Shown in pieces: positions 42,200-49,628 of a stretch of 64,000 bases of DNA. Numbering within the stretch: position 1 is the stretch's first letter; each line of letters opens with the position of its first letter. The translations under genes were made by a program, and so were the position numbers. The notes below the pieces were generated by a model, which did no database searches, was not told the DNA's origin, and worked only from the letters and a program-made list of their open reading frames with translations. Source of the stretch: Candidatus Obscuribacteraceae bacterium (GTDB lineage Bacteria > Cyanobacteriota > Vampirovibrionia > Obscuribacterales > Obscuribacteraceae); the NCBI GenBank assembly GCA_044226015.1, contig JBGAHS010000002.1, positions 1,075,435-1,139,434 on the forward strand. Direction: 5' to 3'.

Positions 42200-42937
42200 T
42201 TACTCTACTTTTGGAGCTGATGGCGCAGTATGAGCATCACCCTTTGTCCCACCAGATTTCTTCGAACCTTCTGAGTAAGAGCCTTTGCCACCACCTCCAG
42301 CACTGCCACCGCCATATTCGCCCCAACTTTCAGAATAGGATCCACCAGTGCCGCCACCGCCACCACCGCCAATACGACCGTTCTTTTCATCGAGCTTAAA
42401 CTTGGGCAAAGAGGATTTCTCAAGGCTGATTATATGCGCAGTATGACCATCTCTGCTAACGCTTGAGATGCCATCTTTAGTGAAGGAGACCTTCGCTCCG
42501 TCATTGAAGGTAACCGTGGTCCTTCCGTCTTTGTCTTTGTCTATCGCCTTCACATTTCCTTTTATAGAATAGGTGCCATCTGGTTCCAGCAGAACCCGGT
42601 CACCTTTTTCGGTGTAAAGTGATTGTCTATCACCCTCAGTAATGAGAGTGTCACCGGTAGCGAGCTTTCGCATGCCGTCGCCAGTGACTATCAAAGCAGA
42701 GCTTTCTAGGCGTTTAGTATTCTTCACTTCATTCATCACATCAAACGCAGAGCGCTTCATGTCTTGATTCTCTGGCGATTGATTTTCTTTTTTATTCTCT
42801 ACAGATCTGGGTTGACGTTGATCCAACTCCCTGTAAAGTTCATCTATCAGCCGCGAACTAGCGCTTTGCGAAGAATCATTTGTAGAGTTTGCATTCTTCG
42901 TGTTTTCGATATCATTCTTTTCAATTTGATCTGCCAT
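42200..42937 (-). CDS. Hypothetical protein, paralogue 3 with ELPTGD-like domain and Gly-rich tail
   Basis: RKLATGDTLITEGDRQSLYTEKGDRVLLEPDGTYSIKG; AAGGAG RBS before ATG 42937. Confidence 0.85.
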   Translation of the reverse strand: MADQIEKNDIENTKNANSTNDSSQSASSRLIDELYRELDQRQPRSVENKKENQSPENQDMKRSAFDVMNEVKNTKRLESSALIVTGDGMRKLATGDTLITEGDRQSLYTEKGDRVLLEPDGTYSIKGNVKAIDKDKDGRTTVTFNDGAKVSFTKDGISSVSRDGHTAHIISLEKSSLPKFKLDEKNGRIGGGGGGGTGGSYSESWGEYGGGSAGGGGKGSYSEGSKKSGGTKGDAHTAPSAPKVE

Positions 42938-43215
42938 GGCTTGCCGCTCCTTCCTTGAGGACTCGCAACATCCTAGAGCGGATATGCGAAGTCTTAGACA
43001 GCCAGCCGTTTCAAACACCGATCTCCAAAATTATGAAAGAAAGAAGCTCTACAATCTATACGCGAGTTCGCAAAATTGATTGCGTAAAAGCGCTAAGTAT
43101 ATTCGCCAGGTAAATTTACTCAGGTATTTCGCCAAGAAAATTCGGAAACAAGTTTCTCTGAAGCCGATTTTCTCTTGCGCCCCATTATCTTGTCCAGGAT
43201 TCGTGCAAAGTCAGG

Positions 43216-44154
43216 TTAGCCTTCGATCAAGAATCTTGCCAATTCGCGATCAATCGGAAAACCACTCCGCATCTGGAATCCTATAAACATAGGTGATGGA
43301 TTGCATTCAAGAAGAACATACTCACCATTACTAAATTTGACGTCAACACCGCTGAAGACCATGCCACATATTGATGCAGCCTTGACGCACATTTCTTTTA
43401 CATGCTCAGGAACGTCGACCACTTTGAGTTCGCCTTCGTTTCCACGATAGTCCAGTGCGTCTGATTCTATTTCAATTGCGCAAAGGCATTTACCGTTTAG
43501 AACCCAGACACGAATATCGGCACCCGCATGCAGTTTTTGAAACAGTACAGGAGCACTGCTCAGCATCTTCAATCTTTCTTTCCCCAGGTCTTCATCTCTC
43601 AAGAGCTTGCAAGATGCACCACCTGCAACAGGCTTGTAGATCACATCGCCATGTTCTTTTTTGAATTCCAGCAATTCTTCTGGATTATTGGTCACTAGCG
43701 TAGCGGGAACTTTGATGCCAGCTCTCATAAGCATCACTAATTGATGAGGCTTCAAGAAATGGAGATGAAAACACTCCACTGGATTCACAACACGTTCAGC
43801 TTGAAACGCAACGGCGCGCATCCATGATCCAAGTAAAGATTGTCGCTCACGTTCGGCTACGTATGCGCTATACCAACTTTTCATGCTGGGCAGAAGTCCC
43901 GCATCAATTTGCTCTTGCAAATCATAAGGAGGTTCGCTGTAATAAACCGTTCTGTTATAAAAGGCATTGATACCATCAAGGTTTTTGCCATTGTAAATCG
44001 GAACTTGATCCCGCAAGCTGAACGAAGTCTTGTCTGGAAAATTCAACGTGTCAATTACAACAGCTTCCGCTCCGAGTTCTTCCACTACAGACTTCATGTG
44101 TTCCGTGTGCTGCTCACCGGCTCCGCCTACAATTCCTACTTTTGAAGACCTCAT
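43216..44154 (-). CDS. ATP-grasp ligase (RimK superfamily), probable graspetide macrocyclase (PsnB/MvdD-like)
   Basis: VVNP, KPHQL, G..VPATLVTNNP, VIYKP, LFQ, DIRV, DYR, LECNP; GGAGG RBS before ATG 44154. Confidence 0.88.
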   Translation of the reverse strand: MRSSKVGIVGGAGEQHTEHMKSVVEELGAEAVVIDTLNFPDKTSFSLRDQVPIYNGKNLDGINAFYNRTVYYSEPPYDLQEQIDAGLLPSMKSWYSAYVAERERQSLLGSWMRAVAFQAERVVNPVECFHLHFLKPHQLVMLMRAGIKVPATLVTNNPEELLEFKKEHGDVIYKPVAGGASCKLLRDEDLGKERLKMLSSAPVLFQKLHAGADIRVWVLNGKCLCAIEIESDALDYRGNEGELKVVDVPEHVKEMCVKAASICGMVFSGVDVKFSNGEYVLLECNPSPMFIGFQMRSGFPIDRELARFLIEG

Positions 44155-44297
44155 CCAGACCACCCTCCGAAACTTGCCCGACTATATTTTTCCCAATCTG
44201 CTCGAGACTGAAGTCACCAGCCCATATCCGCTACTCAATACTTAACTACACCTGTTGCGAATTCCAATCGACTTCAATCCATCCGTTCAGTTTCTTC

Positions 44298-45476
44298 CTA
44301 TTTTGAATCCAAATAGGGTAAGAGGTTCTTCAATCGCTCAGGCAAGTGGTTTCGCTGATCATCTTTAGGGCTTCCGTTGGGAAGGTCCAGGCGATGCTCC
44401 CATTTACTTGGGGGAAGCTCTCGCTTCTCTATCTTGGGTGATTGCGAGCCGTTTTCCATGAGATCGTGAAGTCGTTTGTTGGATCGCAGGAATTCCACGG
44501 TCTTACCGTTTTTCGAGATGCTCTGAATGCCGCTGGAATCGAAATTGATCTGACTGCCATCAGCAAAAGTCACTTTGCTTGAACCGTCCTTGGCTGTTGA
44601 TACTTCTCTAACATCTCCCTTGACACTGTAGGTTCCGTCCTTGTTTATCGTCAGCTGATTTCCGCTCGGAGTGAAAATAGTTTGGGCACCGTCCTTGGTG
44701 ACGAGATAATCACCTGTAGATAGTTTTTCAACACCATCTTTCAGCGGAGGGAAAACATAGTCGATTCTGTGACTTAAGCGGTCACCGATGCTTCCGGCAC
44801 GATCGTCAAAGCGGCCTTGCTGGTCAGACTCGAATCTTTTACTTGGCGAGGACGAATCCTTGCTGTCAGAACTTTGATCAACCGGCGTCGGCCGAAGTAT
44901 TTTGTCAGACACAGTATCTTCAAAGCGAAGCGGCTTGTCGAGCACCGCAGGACGCGGTTCATGGACCTGCTTAGCTGGCGATTCAGAATTGCGGTCCTCT
45001 TGCTCTGGCTTTCCGGGTCCACAAATTATTACTGAATAGCGTTCTCCTCCTAGAATCGCCTGCCTGCCGTCAGATGAGCTAGCAGGCGTATTGGGATTAC
45101 GCTCGTCCCTATCTTTTGGTCCACAAACAATTAATGGGTCCCCTGCTATCGCCGCTTTCGAGGTGTCAAGCAAGCCAGCCGGCACATTGAGATTCCGCCC
45201 GTCTTTTAGTTTTGCTGAAGACGCGGAATCTCCTGCTACAGGAATTAAACCGGCTCCATACACACCGTTTTCCTTATTAGGAGATGATACCAAAGCCTCC
45301 TTTCCGTTTTGAATCAAGGGATTTGCTAAGCCATAAAGGATTTCTGCATGCCCTTCGGACAAGATCTTGCCTCTCGACCTCTCAGCATTCACTTCGTTCA
45401 TTAGTACATCAACAGCGCCCCCAGAGCTTGAACTGTTCTGTTCAGCGTTGTCGTTTTGTTTTGATCTATCTGTCAT
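44298..45476 (-). CDS. Hypothetical protein, paralogue 4 with ELPTGD-like domain
   Basis: VEKLSTGDYLVTKDGAQTIFTPSGNQLTINKDGTYSVKGDV; GGAGG RBS before ATG 45476. Confidence 0.85.
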   Translation of the reverse strand: MTDRSKQNDNAEQNSSSSGGAVDVLMNEVNAERSRGKILSEGHAEILYGLANPLIQNGKEALVSSPNKENGVYGAGLIPVAGDSASSAKLKDGRNLNVPAGLLDTSKAAIAGDPLIVCGPKDRDERNPNTPASSSDGRQAILGGERYSVIICGPGKPEQEDRNSESPAKQVHEPRPAVLDKPLRFEDTVSDKILRPTPVDQSSDSKDSSSPSKRFESDQQGRFDDRAGSIGDRLSHRIDYVFPPLKDGVEKLSTGDYLVTKDGAQTIFTPSGNQLTINKDGTYSVKGDVREVSTAKDGSSKVTFADGSQINFDSSGIQSISKNGKTVEFLRSNKRLHDLMENGSQSPKIEKRELPPSKWEHRLDLPNGSPKDDQRNHLPERLKNLLPYLDSK

Positions 45477-45751
45477 GTCCTGGTCCTCCAATCAAACGGA
45501 TACTCGATCCATTATTCTTTTCAAACCAGCCTTGAATCACCCGATTCATGCATAACACATACCTAGAATAGTGCTTGAGAATAAATGCGATAAGTATGTG
45601 CAAACGCGCCGACATAGACAGACCGATTCTGCATTCAATTTGCAAGTTTCCGCAACGACTTGAGTGCGCTTGTTGACGTAGCGGATTTGCTTTCACACTG
45701 CAATCAGGTACCACTCTTTCCTATCAGTATTTTCCTTTTTGTTCATCAGGA

Positions 45752-46319
45752 TTGTTCTGCTTTTATCGATTCTCTGATGATCAGTACATCTGCTCTTGCT
45801 GTTCTCGCATAGCCTTCTTGTTTCTTTGCTTTGCTTTGTTCTTATCGATTCTCTGATGATCAGTACATCTGCTCTTGCGGTTTTCGCATCGCCTTCTTGT
45901 TTCTTCACTTTGCTTTGTTCAGCTCTTATCGATTCTCTGATGATAGGTACATCTGCTCTTGCGGTTTTCGCATAGCCTTCTTGTTTCTTTGCTTTGCTTT
46001 GTTCTGCTCGTGTCGATTCTCTGATGATCGGTACATCTGCTCTTGCGGTTTCGCATCGCCTTCTTGTTTCTTTGCTTTGCTTTGTTCAGCTCTTATCGAT
46101 TCTCTGATGATCGGTACATCTGCTCTTGCGGTTTTCGCATAGCCTTCTTGTTTCTTTGCTTTGTTCAGCTCTTATCGATTCTCTGATCATCAGTACATCT
46201 GCTCTTGCGGTTTTCGCATCGCCTTCTTGTTTCTTTGCTTTGCTTTGTTCTGCTCGTGTCGATTCTCTGATGATCGGTACATCTGCTCTTGCGGTTTTCG
46301 CATTGCCTTCTTGTTTCTT
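45752..46319. repeat. T-rich tandem repeat, 7 x 79-84 bp
   Basis: [A/G]TCGATTCTCTGAT at 45765, 45844, 45928, 46012, 46095, 46174, 46258. Confidence 0.96.
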
Positions 46320-46372
46320 CCTTATTGCAACTTTCAGTCACGTGACTTATCGGAATGTGATGGAACCTTGGA

Positions 46373-46897
46373 ATGGTCAAACTGTCTATGATCTATGTCC
46401 AAAATGATAGTAAAATGGTGCTTGTCGAATTCGAACCGAATCCAAGCAAGATGACACTTCTGTCTGTTATAAAAACCCAACTCAGGCATCAGGAAATAAA
46501 TCTAGTGATGTTTTTGGCTGGTTTGGCGTTGTTCAGGATTCCGCTGCAGCATTATTTTACGCTAGCGCGATACCAGCATTATGGAATTTGTCTGGCCGTA
46601 TGGGCGATGGGATTCGTCTTCCAAGTTATTTGGTCATGGAAGAGCCTCACGAAGCTCGGGCGAGCATCCCTTTTGAGCACCGGAATCTATCTTGCTGCAT
46701 TTGCTCTCGTTTTCTACTACAGTCCCTGGCTTGATACCCGAATGGCTGTTCAAACCGAAGAACAGGATATTCAGCGCATCTGCTATGCAACAATTGGGGC
46801 TCTGTTTGGTGGCTTCACAGTTCTTCTATGGCTCTTCTGGCTGTTCGAGCGCAAAGACTCTGAACGAACACAAACACCAAAGGAGAAAGAAAACTGA
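46373..46897 (+). CDS. Four-TM membrane protein (start uncertain)
   Basis: Four hydrophobic segments; stop overlaps the start of the next gene. Confidence 0.7.
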   Translation: MVKLSMIYVQNDSKMVLVEFEPNPSKMTLLSVIKTQLRHQEINLVMFLAGLALFRIPLQHYFTLARYQHYGICLAVWAMGFVFQVIWSWKSLTKLGRASLLSTGIYLAAFALVFYYSPWLDTRMAVQTEEQDIQRICYATIGALFGGFTVLLWLFWLFERKDSERTQTPKEKEN

Positions 46898-47385
46898 AGT
46901 CACTAGTTTTACTTGTAGGAATTCCTGGTTCAGGCAAAAGCACACTGGCGAAACGCTTGATTGATAAGGGCTATGCAGTCCTAAACGCGGATTCAATTCG
47001 GCACGAATTGTGGGGCGACGCTGCTGATCAGAAAGATCAAAGTAAGGTTTTTGAAATCTTCTTTGAGCGCATGAACGCACTTATGGATGCCAATTCCGAC
47101 ATCGTTGTAGATAACATAAACACAAACCCCCGACATAGAAGCGAGATTATCGACCGCGCGAAAGCGAAGGGCTATACCGACATCCAACTTTGGGTTCTGG
47201 ATGTGCCGCTGGAAACTTGCCTGCAACGGAACCGCGACCGCGACCGAACTGTTCCAGAAGATATTGTTAGCAAGATGCACAACACTCTGAACACTACCGG
47301 TCGGCCAAAGAGGCATGAAGGACGAGTGATAATTGTGCGCCCAGGAAAGGAACCGTTTGACTTCAGATTCTTTGCAATGAAGTAG
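46894..47385 (+). CDS. AAA_33/polynucleotide-kinase-like P-loop kinase, CTG start
   Basis: In-frame extension gives (M)KSLVLLVGIPGSGKSTLAKRL; also DSIRHEL, VVDNIN, CLQRNRDRDRTVP. Confidence 0.88.
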   Translation: MKSLVLLVGIPGSGKSTLAKRLIDKGYAVLNADSIRHELWGDAADQKDQSKVFEIFFERMNALMDANSDIVVDNINTNPRHRSEIIDRAKAKGYTDIQLWVLDVPLETCLQRNRDRDRTVPEDIVSKMHNTLNTTGRPKRHEGRVIIVRPGKEPFDFRFFAMK

Positions 47386-47511
47386 ATCGGTGCACTCTTT
47401 CGCTATTCTTTGTTCCGAAAATATTTCTTTGTGGCTGCTTCAAACTTTTTGACTGAGTCCTACATTCGGCTGCGAATGCCCGCCGCTGCCTAATTTTGTG
47501 ACATCTATTGA

Positions 47512-47745
47512 TTAAGCAACTCGACCAAAAAGCATTCTTAATTCGGAAACTGGATCGAGGTCTTCTTCAGCTTCAATCCTTTCATCCGATACGTTACCTG
47601 GAACAGAATCAGGGTCGAACAACTCTAGATCAGGCAATGCTGCGACAGTTCCGAACAGATTCTTGAGCTCTTTAACTTCGCTATCAGCACGACCAGTTAC
47701 GAACTCCATCGAAAACTTTTCTCTAACACTTACTTTGGATGACAT
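47512..47745 (-). CDS. Small hypothetical protein (77 aa)
   Basis: Internally repeated V.EL..LFG.VA motif. Confidence 0.5.
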   Translation of the reverse strand: MSSKVSVREKFSMEFVTGRADSEVKELKNLFGTVAALPDLELFDPDSVPGNVSDERIEAEEDLDPVSELRMLFGRVA

Positions 47746-47809
47746 TTTTGTGAACCCCAGAAAAGCCCCTTCTCATGATTAAAGAATATTCAGGCTAGCT
47801 GACATAAAC

Positions 47810-48775
47810 GTGACCAACTTGGAAAAACCCGAGAAATGTCCAAAAATCATGATGGTTGAGGTTAAATTCCCAGAAACGAGAAAGTTGAATACTTCCGATA
47901 AATTGAAAGCCCCGGCTTGGTTCACCCTAGCCATGGTTGCGGGTGCTATTGAACCGATAGTGGCAAAGTTCGCGTTTCGAGATGGGGCGACAGCGCTGCA
48001 GCTCGTCGTGCTCAAAAACTGTCTTGGCGGGCTGTTTGTTCTAGTTTTCTTGCTCGGCAAACATAAAAATCTGCGAGATTTGAAACTTGTTAGGTCACTT
48101 CTTTTACCAGCATTGCTACTATTCGGAACCAACACGTTAACACTGCTTGCGCTTCAGAGTATTTCGGTCGTTTTGCTAATCACTATCGTCAGTTCTGTTC
48201 CGGCTATAGTGGCGCTGATAAACAGCACGCTGGGCAGAGACAGGCTAGGACTCAGGTTTTGGATAGGCTTCGCGCTTTGCTTCGTGGGAATCATTTTCAC
48301 TCTGGACTTTCGAGATGCTGCGCTGAGCTGGATCGGAGTGGTTTTTGTCTTCCTAGCTGCAATGACATCAAGTATTTACCGTGTCCGGATGGAGATTCTG
48401 TGCGAGGAGTTTGAGCCGAAACTTATTGCAGCCGGCACATTTTTCTTGCAGGGGCTTTTAACACTTACGCTTGTTCCCTTCACCCCACCCCTTTCATGGA
48501 CTACTCTGGGCTTCGGGGCGTGGATAGGAATAATTGCGGCAGTAGCCAATATTGCCTTTGTTGCAGCGCTCAATCTGGTGGGTTCGACGCGGATTTCGGT
48601 GCTGACTATGATTCAACGTCCATTGTTAGTCATCTTTGCCGCGGTAACTCTTCATGAGTCAATCAACGCCATTCAAGGTCTTGGAATTGTGATGACTATG
48701 ATCGGAATTCACCTCGCCCAGGTCAGCCGGACTCAAACCGAACAACGGAGGTTGCCAGCAGGAGGCGAGGCTTAA
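47810..48775 (+). CDS. DMT/EamA-family transporter
   Basis: About 10 TM helices with a two-repeat EamA pattern. Confidence 0.85.
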   Translation: MTNLEKPEKCPKIMMVEVKFPETRKLNTSDKLKAPAWFTLAMVAGAIEPIVAKFAFRDGATALQLVVLKNCLGGLFVLVFLLGKHKNLRDLKLVRSLLLPALLLFGTNTLTLLALQSISVVLLITIVSSVPAIVALINSTLGRDRLGLRFWIGFALCFVGIIFTLDFRDAALSWIGVVFVFLAAMTSSIYRVRMEILCEEFEPKLIAAGTFFLQGLLTLTLVPFTPPLSWTTLGFGAWIGIIAAVANIAFVAALNLVGSTRISVLTMIQRPLLVIFAAVTLHESINAIQGLGIVMTMIGIHLAQVSRTQTEQRRLPAGGEA

Positions 48776-48792
48776 ACGCCCCTAGATTGGCC

Positions 48793-48888
48793 GAATTTGA
48801 TCGATATCGACCAAATTCCGTGTTTTGTGAGTCCCGAAACCCGGTAAATTAACCTCATTTGATCGATATCGATCAAATTTCGTGTTTG
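48793..48888. repeat. Dispersed palindromic element (cores at 48799 and 48861)
   Basis: Homologous, including the spacer, to 20688-20785. Confidence 0.92.
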
Positions 48889-48922
48889 CAGGTTCCTACG
48901 CACAATAAATTTGACAAGCCAG

Positions 48923-48946
48923 AAAGGCAAGCATTAATGCTTGCCT
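48923..48946 (-). terminator. Probable rpsR terminator
   Basis: AGGCAAGCATTAATGCTTGCCT perfect palindrome with a short A tract on the left. Confidence 0.6.
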
Positions 48947-48976
48947 GCTAATTCTTGCAACTTTGTGCTGACTAAA

Positions 48977-49231
48977 CTAAATCGAACCAGCGAACGGCAG
49001 AATTCCTAGCGCTCTAGCTCTCTTGATAGCAAGAGTAATGGCACGCTGATTTTTGGCGTTACAGCCGGTAATGCGACGTGGCAATACTTTGCCGTTCTCA
49101 GTAATGAACTTGCGCAGGAGATTCACATCCTTGTAATCGATGTAATCAATTTTGTTAGCAACGATCGGGTCCAACTTTCTTTTGCGTGGACCGTTATCTG
49201 CGTAATCTCTCGATCGTTTTTGGGGTTTCAT
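48977..49231 (-). CDS. rpsR: 30S ribosomal protein S18
   Basis: [26 protein letters not shown]...[13 protein letters not shown]. Confidence 0.98.
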   Translation of the reverse strand: MKPQKRSRDYADNGPRKRKLDPIVANKIDYIDYKDVNLLRKFITENGKVLPRRITGCNAKNQRAITLAIKRARALGILPFAGSI

Positions 49232-49628
49232 CCCTTATCTCCTTGTGTGACTCAAACACGAGCTCCAGCTAGAAAAGCTGGAATCGGAATCGCAGCCGAT
49301 ATATGGCTGACCGCACTCGCGATATAACCAGGTGGACATTGTAGCAGCAAGAGCCTCACTGCCATTCATGAACTTGAAGCAAAGTTGCAGGTGATCCCAA
49401 TCGATTAGCAAGTTTTTATGGTCTTAGTTTCTTACAAAGACTACCGAAATTAGAACCTCAGAAACGACAGAAAATTGTCATGTGTTGGAGACCCATTCGG
49501 AATTAAGGGTCCAACTCGTATTTTCCGCACTGCGGAATTCCGCACACTCTATTACCATCAATTAATACTTCGGACTGTCCACCGAAAGTGTCCCGCGTTG
49601 TTTTTGTTTCAGGGAGAAACAGCCAATA

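Noticed and set aside
43216..44154. Ligase as ordinary RimK (S6 glutamylation) or LysX
   Set aside because: No lysine/arginine biosynthesis or ribosomal context; the neighbouring leader-plus-core protein fits a graspetide synthetase better. Not formally excluded without a phylogeny
48977..49231. Loss of the zinc-ribbon cysteines in S18 as a novelty
   Set aside because: Zinc-independent S18 is well known and typical of cyanobacteria-like sequences
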